Below are positions 1-11,565 of a stretch of DNA of 64,000 nucleotides, piece after piece. Source of the stretch: Podarcis muralis (Eukaryota); the NCBI RefSeq assembly GCF_964188315.1, contig NC_135667.1:20894001-20958000 (forward strand), read 5' to 3'. A program made the position numbers and the translations under genes. How positions within the stretch are numbered: the first letter of the stretch is position 1; every line of letters begins with the position of its first letter. The notes beneath the pieces are model-generated. The model had not been told where the DNA came from and ran no database searches. It saw nothing but the letters and a program-made list of their open reading frames with translations.

Positions 1-528
1 TTTTGGCTATAATCTTGGGTCCGTGGCCCTTGTTGCTGGCTAGGCTGTGCCCATTGCCCCACCAGGGTGTGTAGGAATGCAAATTTAAACCCAGATGAAC
101 AGCGGGAAGCGATAAATTGTTTTTCTTCATTGCACGAAGTGCTTCTTTTCCTGCCCTGTGCCTCCCCCACCCCCTGTTCTGATCGCAATCTTTTTTCTGT
201 CTTGCTATTGCATTCACTCTCTCCTTCCCTCCCTCCTATTTATCCATCTCTGACACTGGGTTCGCTTTGAAGGGTGTGGGGCATAATAAACAAGTAACGC
301 TACATAGAAGAGGGCAAAAGAAATAGAACAGACACAGCCACGTAACAACCTCCCTCGAATTTTGGCCTGGCACCCTCCGCCCCCAACCAACTTTCCCATC
401 CCTTCGTTTTGCCATTTTGCTCCAGTTCCCTCCAACAAGCCAGTTTCCACCCAGTAACGGAACCCGTGGTTTGTGGTCACTTTGGCTTGTTGCCAGCGCT
501 CCAATCAAGTGGAGTAGAAGTGGGGAGA

Positions 529-562
<34 letters not shown>

Positions 563-2157
563 GGAGAGAGTTTGGCATTATTCAGAGGTGTCAAACGGTA
601 GGTTTCTCGCAGGCCCCATCCCTTTCCCTGCCCCCTCCCACCTACTGAATCATGAGTGGCGCCTAGAAGGTCTCGGCTAGCTTCTCTTCTCCCCCTCCCC
701 CCAAGCAAGACATTGCAACCTTGCAGCTGCAGAGTTGCAGCTGCAAATTCCCTCCCACGGCACCCACAACACAGAGCGAGGCTTTTTGCGCTGGCGCCCA
801 AATCCGGCTGTGGGTTGTTGTCACTGGCGTGAGTCACCCTTGCTCCCACTGCTGTTCCCACACTCTTTTTTTCTTCTTCTATGCTGGGGGAGGGGCGCAT
901 CAAAGAACCTTCACTTACAACCTCGGGCTTCTGGAACAGGTTTTCTCTGTGTAGGAAATGTGGCATGGAATGTAGTATCTGGTCAAACATTTGGATGGTT
1001 GTGTGTGGAGGTTTTTATTAACAACATTTATACCCCATTTAGGAGCAGCAGAGGCAGTTGCTTTAGACTGAATCAGACTATTGATCCATCTTGCTCATTA
1101 CTGTCAACACTGACTGGCAGCAGCTCCCCAGGGTTTCCCAGCCCTACCTGGAGATGCCTGGGATTAAATTTGGAATTTTCTGCAGGCAAAGCAGATTCTC
1201 CACCGCTGAGATACAGTCGTACCTTAGAAGTCGAATGGAATCCATTCCGGAAGTCCATTTGACTTCCAAAACATTCAGAAACCAAAGCGCGGCTTCTGAT
1301 TGGCTACAGGAAGCTCCTGCAGCAAAATCAGAAGCCCCGTTGGATGTTCGGGTTCCAAAGAACTTTCGCAAACCAGAACACTCCCGGTTTTTGATCGTTT
1401 GCGAACCAGAACCTTTGACTCCCAAGGTGTTCGGCAGCCGATGTACGACTGTACTGCCCTTCCTCAATAGTAGTAAAAGCTCTGAGAATTTGACAAGAAA
1501 TTTTAAAATTAGCAATCAATAACTAGCAATTGAAACAACTGAAAACATTAAAAAAAAATGTAAAAGGGATTAAAACATGGCAACATCTATCTGTCTGGAT
1601 AGGCTTGCCAAAACAAAAACGTTTTACGCAGGTGCAAAAAAGAGGTACAAGGAAAGGCAATCCTGCATGTAACCTGCTCCCAAATGCTTAAGGGCTTTAT
1701 AAATGAATAGTAATACTTTCACTTGGCCTGGTAACAAGTGAGAATTCAGTGCAGGTCTCTGAGCAAAAGTACTATATGCCAAGAGGGTCTCATTCCTGCC
1801 AGTAACTGTGCTGCACTAACTGAAGTTTGCAGGTTCAGTTCAAGGGAAACCCCACATAAAGTGCATTGCAGTAATCCAATCTTGAAGTCACCAGTGCCTG
1901 AATTACTGTAAATTCTCCCAGACCAGGAGTGATCAAAGCACATTTTGTACCATACGCAGCTGGCAAAAGACACTTCTGATGCCTCAGGACATGCCAACAC
2001 CCAAGTATAGAAGTGTCAGCTCCAAGTACCTAGCTCTATGATGTTCTTTCATTCACGATGGAGGTGTCTCCACTATACCTCCTAACCCAGCAATTTAATC
2101 CATGTAAGTTTCTAGTCCACAGCAATCTTTTTTAGTTGGAGTACCTTGACAAAAAAA

Positions 2158-2512
2158 GGGGATGAGGGTGGCGCTGTGGGTTAAACCACAGAGCCTAGGG
2201 CTTGCCGATCAGAAGGTTGGCGGTTCGAATCCCCGCAACAGGGTGAGCTCCTGTTGCTCAGTCTCAGCTCCTGCCAACCTAGCAGTTCGAAAGCACGTCA
2301 AAGTGCAAGTAGATAAATAGGTACCGCTCCGGCGGGAAGCTAAACGGCATTTCCGTGCGCTGCTCTGGTTCGCCAGAAGCGGCTTAGTCATGCTGGCCAC
2401 ATGACCCGGAAGCTGTACGCCGGCTCCCTTGGCCAATAAGTGAGACGAGCGCCGCAATCCCAGTCAGTCACGACTGGACCTAATGGTCAGGGGTCCCTTT
2501 ACCTTTACCTTA
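2158..2512 (+). mobile_element. Sauria SINE (full length)
   Basis: Head GGTGGCGCTGTGGGTTAAACC, B-box GGTTCGAATCC, tail CCTTTACCTTTACC; TSD TACCTTGACAAAA at 2142 and 2511. Confidence 0.9.
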
Positions 2513-4409
2513 CCTTGACAAAACCTATGTCCATTTTTAAATTATTTTGCTTACATCTGTCTTTCTTCTCTGGAGCTCAAGGAGGTGTGGGGAGGGTTCT
2601 AGCCAATCTCCCATCCAGACCCAGGCCAGTTTGGCTTCAGAACAGTGGCTGCCTTAGGTGCCTTCAGACTAGGGGTGAGGGAGAAATCCAATTGAGTTGG
2701 CATTTCTCTGTTGGCATTAAGTGAACCTACCTAATCCACACTTTCCGAAGCTGTACATGAACTGAAATAAAGCAGTCTTTTGAAATTTACACTCTTCTGA
2801 ATTTTGCAATGCAATTCTCTAACCAAGCAGTGCATAACAAAATGCATATACTGGGGCAATGTGTGCATTTAAAAGGCATGTACAAGGGAACATGCATTGT
2901 GTTAGGGGAATTTGCATTGCAAAATTATGTATATTTAGGGAAATGAGTGAATGCTCCACGCACAAACATACACTGCTCCTTTCAGGCAGCTGGGGATGGC
3001 AAAACCCTATCAATTTGGGTTTCTCTCTTTTTCCCATTTTTAAAGTCTTATGTTCAGATCTTCACATTAGTTTGCAATTTTTTAAAAAAAACCTCAAGAA
3101 AATTGATCAGCATTTTAGTGGAAATGTCTCCTAACAGACACCTCTGAAAGCAATTCTGTTCGCTAACTTCCCTATCTATTCCCCATCATGGTCACTTTTG
3201 TGGCAAACCATGACTCCGTTGTCTGTCTGTTGTCTCTTGCTCAAATCCAGAATGTGTATACCTGCCTTGGCTTTGTGAATTAGAATCCTTCTGAAAGGTA
3301 CTGTGGATCATAGCCTAGAACTCCATTTGTATCTCCAAGCTTGTATTGAATTTGGGGGGTCCCTCCTTTCTAAAGCCGCCTTGAACCACCCACCCCAACC
3401 ATTGTCTTTTGGCCCAGCCTTTTGGAGATTTCTTGTGCATCCTGCTGCTGCATGCAGTTAAGCGGCCTGTCAAGTGGGTTATTTCCACAGGACCACTGCC
3501 CGCTCTGCTGTGCTCCCTCCTGTTATCGCCTCCCTGGCTGATCTGTGGGGATCTCTGTGGTCTATCAGTAATGGTGGGATTAGCACATGCATTTAAAAGA
3601 GAGCTCACTCTGAGCTATTGATTGCCTTCCAGCTGCAAATTCATAAGGGGAACAATGTTGCGTAAGGCTCCGTATCTCTGTGCACACAGGGCAATGGTGA
3701 GGCCCTACAGGCCATGTTGTTCCATCCTGAGCGAACAGAGTATTCGGCTAGAATGTTTCCCTAGAGCCAGCCTACCCGCAGAGTCAAACAGCAACTTTTT
3801 GGGACCCAAATCCCCCAGAACACAGGCTGGTGCAGAGGAAGGGGGCAGCCAAGGTCTCGGAGGGCTAAGCCAGCTGGGGGGCCCTGAAAGACTTAAGGTG
3901 TCATGTAAAAAACGCCCTGGACCTCTCATCCGACTAGGGACTCTCGCCCTGGCCTCAGACAAGCTATGCGCAGGCCTGCTGGGGCACCTGCCTAAACTAT
4001 ATAAGTATCATGGAGATAACTCCCAAAATTGTAGCAAAAAGTTATCTCCCCCTCTTTTTTTCTTTGCTTCCACAGATGGATGCCAGCCATTGGCAAAATT
4101 GGGATTCTTATATCTGTTTATACCCTAGAAGTTTGGGATAAGTAGTTAGTCTAGCTAGAGCAGAAAAGCACAGTGCACAAGACTATCAGTGAGTTGCTTA
4201 CTGAAATGCCAAAATGAAATTTATATACATTTGCAAAACATTCACTGAGACAACATGATGTACTACTCAAATAATAAAAAATGAGGGATAAATAAAAAAT
4301 TTAAAAACTTTTCAATTTGACTGAGACGAGACAGAAAAAAAGCCGTGCGCTTTCCTTTGTGATTTGCCAGCGCTACATTGGCAGATGGGCAAGAATTATT
4401 GGCAGGTAG

Positions 4410-4781
4410 GTAAAAGTAAAGGTAAAGGTACCCCTGCCCGTACGGGCCAGTCGTGTCCGACTCTAGGGTTGTGCGCCCATCTCACTCAAGAGGCCGGGGG
4501 CCAGCGCTGTCTGCAGACACTTCCGGGTCACGTGGCCAGCGTGACGAAGCTGCTCTGGCGAGCCAGCACCAGCACAGCACACGGAAACGCCGTTTACCTT
4601 CCCGCTATAAAGCGGTACCTATTTATCTACTTGCACTTAGGGGTGCTTTCGAACTGCTAGGTGGGCAGGAGCTGGGACCGAAAGATGGGAGCTCACCCCG
4701 CCGCGGGGATTCGAACCGCCGACCATGCGATCGGCAAGCCCTAGGCGCTGAGGTTTTATCCACAGTGCCAACCGCGTCCCC
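4410..4781 (-). mobile_element. Sauria SINE, second subfamily
   Basis: Same head and tail, but a diagnostic different core (ACACTTCCGGGTCACGTGGCCAG, GGGGCCAGCGCTG), shared with the copy at 21383. Confidence 0.88.
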
Positions 4782-5696
4782 TTAGCAGGCAGGTAGAAGG
4801 CTGTAAAAAGGATTCCCTGACAGGAAATTTGAAGAGCATTTTTGTAGCGCAGGCCTGGCAAACTTGGTGTTTTTTAGAATATACTTCGGATTTTGCTAGA
4901 ACCCCACAATTCACTGGCCAGAGGCGGACACAAAACAGTAGCTTGGGTCAGAGTCAGACACAAAATAGTGGCCAGTGGGGTGGAGCCAATTATTTCTTGA
5001 ACCCCATGAGCCATACAGTGGAATGACCTTGCATATATAAATAAAAATTAGCATGTGGCGTAGAACGGGGATTCTAACAACCTAAATTTGGAGGGGGGAA
5101 TCTTTTTGTTAAATGTTCTCGGGAGTGAAAAACACTTGCCAATCTATTGCCAATCATTCCACGGTCTACCAGTTGAGACGTCCACACCTGCTAAGGCTTT
5201 GGCCTGAAGAAGAACAACCAAGACACTCCTTCCTCTGCCTGTTGGATACTGAATGTTCAAGTTCCCATTCAGGAAGAGAGAACAAATGCCTCTCTGCTGC
5301 CCTGTCTCCTAACATTCCAGCATTCTTCGGGCCTAGCAAAGGGGCTACCACATCACAATGTAAGCAAGCCCAAGCTGTTCTCCCCACACTCTGCTATCTT
5401 TTGTGACTTGCTGCTGCTACATAGTGTGAAAATCCACCCAAGCGCTGTCAAAACTCGAAATAAATTCTGAATAAGACATTTCAATAAGCTGAATTTTCTG
5501 GGTGGATAGGGACCGGGACAAACAGTTATATTTGGTTTCATTATTTGTTTAGCACACACCGAGAACTTGAATTTGGCTCTTTCCCCACAGGGCTATTGAC
5601 ATGTTGTGCCGCTAAGCTGCTCAATGCTGTTTTTCACCTCGGAGTTTGCACCTGCCCTGACTCCAGGATACTGCTACTGTCCCCCTTGCAGGTGGC

Positions 5697-8600
5697 ATGG
5701 ATGCCTCGCACACGGGTGACATCTTCTGGGTGCTGGCATTTACTGTCCCACTTCTGGTGATTCTACTGGTGCTTTGCATTGACTGCCGGGACCCTGAATT
5801 AGACAGTTAAGTCTCTTCCGCCCTCCCCAAACTTCCTTTTCCCGAGGAGCAAACAGTTCCTGACTTCTCCATTCATTGCTCTTACCCCAGTGAACTTCTT
5901 AATTACATTGGTGTCTCTTTCCCTCTCTCACAACAGCACAATCTGTTGATGATTACCAGTACAAGTAAGTGACTGGCCGGGGCTTAATTTGGGGGGGAAA
6001 TAGGGGGGGTGCAAAACCAGAGCTTGGGGAGGTTTGGAAAATGGATGCATGTTCTAAGGTAGCCAGATGCAATGGGCAGCTTCTACCCCAGATGGAAAGG
6101 GTGCATTTCTTAACATTTCTTCTCTTTTGCACCCCTAGGAAGGTACAGAGGTCCTGCCTTCTGTCTACTCCCCTCACCCCAACTCTATTATACAATTCCC
6201 AAAGTCGCAAAGCACATGGATACTGCCCAAAGGCCACTTTTTGATACAGTGGAGGAAAGGGAAATTGTTTGTGGTGTTAGCATGCTACTCTTTCAAGTGC
6301 TTCAGTCCCTGGCATCTCCTAGTAGGGCTGAGAAAGACTCTGATCTGAAACCTTGTACAGCCCATGTCTGTCAGTGTAGACCAGGGATAGGGAACCCTGT
6401 AGCCTTCCAGATGTTGCTAGACTATAATAGCCCCTGGCCATTGGGAGGGTGGGGCTTGAGGCCAGTGGACGTTGGGAGTCCCAACAGTAGCTGAAGAGCC
6501 CTGGGTTCCCCATCCATGGTGCAGGCCGTTTTCTACAGAGTGAGATGGACCAATGGCCTGGCTCTGTAGAAAACAGCTTCTGATGTTTCATCCAAAACCT
6601 GGAAGGGGAGAGTTTCTTGTGCTGTTTTGGGGAGCAGATTGATATGTCTCTCAAGCATGATTCCTGTACTGTCCATGAAGAGAAGAATGATTAATGCATT
6701 GCCCCCACAGGCCTTCAAGTAGTGCACGTTTGAGTTCAACCTTCAAGTTGATACGTCCTCCCTGTGAGTAGCTGCCCATTCAGTGCTATTTTAAAATTGA
6801 GGTTTTAAGAAAGGCTGGCTTGTCGTCTCCTGCTTTATCTGCTCTTGGTTGTTGTTGTGTTATTATTATTACTACTATTACTACTACAGTGGTACCTCAG
6901 GTTACATACACTTCAAGTTACAGACTCCGCTAACCCAGAAATAGTACCTCGGGTTAAGAACTTTGCTTCAGAATGAGAACAGAAATTGTGCGGCTGCAGT
7001 GCGACGGCAGTGGGAGGCCCCATTAGCTAAAGTGGTGCTTCAGGTTAAGAACAGTTTCAGGTTAAGTACGGACCTCCGGAACGAATTAAGTACTTAACCT
7101 GAGGTGCCACTGTACTATTTATTACCATCACTGAAGACTTTGGGAAGCTGATACAGCCATGTGGGGTCTCATTGAACAAATCTGCCCCACTGTTCTGCCT
7201 CAACACCACCACCACCTCAACAAGCCACAATCTTAGAGGATTCCTAACAATATCCTCTGCTCCAAACTTACAACTTTTAGATCTGAAATGCCATTGATGG
7301 CTATGCGCTGCCTCTACAGTTGGAGGCAACAATGTTTCTGAATACCAGTTGCTGGAAACCACAGGAAGTGAAAGCACTATTATGCTCAAATCCTGCTTTT
7401 GGATTTCCCACAGGCATCTGGCTGACCACTTTGTGAACAGGATGCCAGACTAGATGGGCCATTGGCCTGATCCAGTAGGCTCTTCTTATACTCTTAAATT
7501 CAACAAGGCATGGTCTTTTGACTCATTGCCAGTCAGAAGCAAACTACATGTGATACTAATTTGTGAGAAAGTCAGATTTTTTTGCTTATTTAATAGCCAT
7601 GAGCTGCTGTGCATGTGACTCCCCTCTCCAAATTTTCATTGGGAGCCCCCTCCCTCAGACTAATATAATAGCTGTGGTGAGGTTAGGGGGCCTATTTCCT
7701 TCCTTATTTTATTTTATTATTTTAATCCACTTAGTGGTTTTCCTAAAACCTTACCACTGCCAACATTTAATATCACTTATACCCTTTGCACCTTTAACAC
7801 ACCAATAATCCTAATGGTAACTCTGCGATGTAGGCGTGGTCCATAGTTACTATATTTAACAAAGGTATTAACATCTATGTATTGCAAGCTTCTATATGCA
7901 CCAGCTTATGTGGTAACTTTAATATACAGTAGTACTGTCTTTTTAGATGGTTATATACTGTACTAATTTGTTAGTGTTACTTTGATTCCAAAAGCTAACT
8001 TTGTACTACTATTAGAGCTTTGAGAAAGCGGTTAGTTACCCCATTAAAACACTTTTGCCAGATTGCCCTTGTACTTACTTCATCCTGGTTGTGCCTCACC
8101 AACACTATAACTGAGGACTTTTACTGAAGCCTTTGTTTTAACCCCTACTGACATACTGAGAAGCACATGTCTACTTCTACTGTACTGTCATACCTCGGGC
8201 TACAGACACTTCAGGTTGTGTTTTTTTGGGTTTGTTGTTGTTGTTTAGTCGTGTCCAACTCTTCATGACCCCATGGACCAGAGCACGCCAGGCACTCCTG
8301 TCTTCCACTGCCTCCTGTAGTTTGGTCAAACTCATGGTGGTAGCTTCGAGAACACTGTCCAACCATCTCGTCCTCTGTCGTCCCCTTCTCCCTATGGCCT
8401 CCATCTTTCCCAACATCAGGGTCTTTTTTGGGTTACAGACAGCCAAAACCCGGAAGTACCGGAATGGGTTACTTCGGGGTTTCGGCGGTTGAGCATGCGC
8501 AGAAGCGCAGAATTGCAACCCGTGCGTGCGCAGACGTGCAGACACAGGTTGTGAATGCTGCGGGTTGCGAACGTATATCCCGCACGGATCACGTTCGCAA

Positions 8601-11528
8601 CCTGAGCGTCCACTGTACTGGAATCTATACTCTTGCTTTCCTTCCAGGCACCAGAGTCCAGCAGCCAAAAGTGTCATTCACCTCTGCCCTCTTGGCAGAG
8701 GTGGAGCTAGCTGCTCTGGCACCCGGAGCAGTGCACATGCTGTGCACCCTGGGGCGGGACTAGCTGGGCGCGTGGGGGCGAGGCTAGTCAGGCCCGCGGC
8801 GAGTGTCCCAGGGGGCAGTGGGGCGGTGTCACCTCCCCTCAGGGATGACACCTGGGGCGGACCGCCCCCACCACACCCCTCTTCCTCCGCCACTGCCTCT
8901 TGGTGCTGTAAATGATGAGTTGTTCCTCTTGGCTCTTCAGCCTAAGCCAAGTGATTCACCTGACTTACCCCAGCCAATCTTTGGCCACTCTGCCTTCCTT
9001 TCAGGTCTTCTTCTTTCCTCTTCCGTGATCCAGCCTGGACTGAGCTCCTTGACTGGCCAGCACCCACCTTTACAGTCCCCCAGTCTAGCCCCAGCCAATC
9101 ACGCTGTCTAATTAAACATTCTAAACCTGCAACCACCAACCAGAATATGCGTATCTTCTATCCTTCTTTTGCATACTGAGAGTTCCATCTCCAGCCCCTC
9201 CTCCACTGTCAGTTAAGGTCCCCCACTGACAGTTAAACCAGCTTTTACCTGAACCAGAAAGAAGACTTCCCCCACCAAACACACTGCAGTGTACATCAGA
9301 ATATAAATGGCAAAGAAAGCACACCACTCAATACACATTGAAACACTGGTGAAATGAGGAGGATTTCTTCACAACAGTGCAGGGGAAAGCAATTTTAATT
9401 GGGATTGTAAACTTCTCAAACTGCAGCCTTGATTTATGTATTGAGGGCTCCTGTAACTTTTACATCTTCTTAAAAACTTTTGAAACACTTCGCTACCAGA
9501 TGTCCATGGCTGCCCCTCAAAACGTATTCCCTTATGGTTTGCAAAACAAAACACATTATAATTTTAAAACATTTTAAAATGTGCTAATATAGCGTAAAAA
9601 AATGTGATCCGTTAGGAATTTACCAAATGCAGCTTACACCATTAGAGCCCAGATCTTGTGTTGCTTTAAAATTCAAATTGTTTTTAAAGGCCTGGATGGA
9701 TAAAAGCAAATCTCTCCCCTTGTGCCAAAAAGGCCACAAACCTGATGGTAAGAAGCTCTTTCTGGGGAGGCCCTTTTGGAGCAGAGGTGCCACCACCAGA
9801 AAGGCCCTCTCCCTGGAAGCTGCCCCCTCCTGTAGCCTGGCAGGGCCAATGAGGTAGGGCCTCTGGCTCTGAAGAGAGGAACGTAAGGTTTGAGTGGGTG
9901 TGCATTTGCGAGAAGACAACCTTTCAATTTACCTGGTCCTCCCAAGCCATTAAAGACTGGAGTGTGGCCTTTGTGCTGCTGCTGCTTTTTGGGGGGTGGG
10001 GCATGGGAGGTGAGCCAAAAGCTGGGATCTCATGCAATCCTCTCAGGTGATGGCATCTGAGTTCTTCTCTTTCTTCAACCTTTCAGCCCCACCTTGGCCT
10101 GCTGTTTCATCCCAACCAGACATGTGGAGGTAAGCAGTCCCTGAACAATTTGCGAGCTGTTTACTGAGCATCCGTCCATCCAGGCATCTCCAACACCACA
10201 CACTTCTGTTTTGAGCAAAGAATAAGCTTGTTTCTGTGAGTGAGCACATGTGCTTGAAGCCTTGCCCTCTAGTACAGTGGTACCTCAGTTTTCGAACAAC
10301 TCCGCTGACGAACATTTTGGTTTTCGAACACCGCAAACCTGGAAGTAAATCCTTCGGTTTTAAAACCAACTGCTGAGTGCAAGATCCTGAGGCCTAGATG
10401 TTGGCTATTGAGTTTTTGGTTTTCAAACGTTTCAGAACTCGGAACGGTCTTCTGGAATGGATTATGTTCAGAAACATAGGTACCACTGTATGTCTGCACA
10501 CAAGCAAGTGTATTTTGCGTGTGGGGGAACATCAGCACATCAATCACCGCTGGTTTCTAAAGCTGTATGGGTACAATGGCCGCTCCCCACATCAAATGGG
10601 GGGGCGCCTTTTGTGTGGTTGTGTGCAGCCCCCCCCCCCGGATCCCAGTGTGGCTCCCGGTAGTACGGGCTAGCTTCGCCCTTCCCAGGCTGGATACCTG
10701 GAGGTCTCCGCCTACCTCAGCCAATCGCCCAATCCTGCCTGGGGAGGCGTTGCCAGGGGATCGGCCAGGTAGGGGGAGGGACCGCCCTGCCCACACAACA
10801 GAAGGTGAATCTTATCTGCAAAGTGTCAGTTGGCTCCAGAGCTTCTCCCACCTGTGTAAAGACATCCATACCCCACCCCCCTGGTGTGGACAGACAGTGG
10901 GCAACTTCAAAACACATCCAACTGTACTGATGTTTACACCAATGTACGAATGTGATTTGGAATGCAGTGTGGGAGGGGTTAGCTCCCTTGTTATGCTGTA
11001 AGCTGGTGACTATTCACCCAATATAAAAAATGCTGCATAAAAACCCGGAAGGAAGCAAAGCAATATACAGCAAAAGAGCAAGGCAGAATTCTAGCTCGGA
11101 GATCCTCCAAAATGCTTGGGCAAATAAGAGTCTGACTCTTAACCCTTCCCAGTGCATCATCCAATATTATTTATTTACCCACCCATCTGGCTTGGTTTCC
11201 CCCAGCCACTCTGGGTGGCTCCCAACAGAATATTAAAAACATGATAAAACACCAAACATAAAAAACTTCAGCTTCAGAGAATATCTCCAGTTGGCATTCT
11301 TCCAGCACCTATGGATTCCTCATCAAAGGGGGGGGGGGTGATGGCTGGAATAAGAAAAGCATGTTGGGAGCATCATCTTGGCCCCCTTGTCATTCCATGG
11401 CTGCTTTCGTACCTGTATTTAACCCCTTTCCCCTCTTTGTTCACAGGCACAGCAGATGCCCCCCATGCAGTCTTTCCTATCCAGCACTGTCATACAAAGT
11501 TGAAAGGGATAATGGTGAGTTATGAAGG

Positions 11529-11565
<37 letters not shown>

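Noticed and set aside
4077-4128. Acceptor-like site followed by ATGGATGCCAGCCAT (MDASH, the same five residues as the LAT start)
   Set aside because: The frame stops after 17 codons with no TM similarity, and the sequence resembles a repeat-tail motif found elsewhere in the window; probably coincidence.
3622-4128. 168-aa ORF upstream of the LAT coding start
   Set aside because: No recognisable domain or splice context; typical of a chance ORF in GC-rich DNA.
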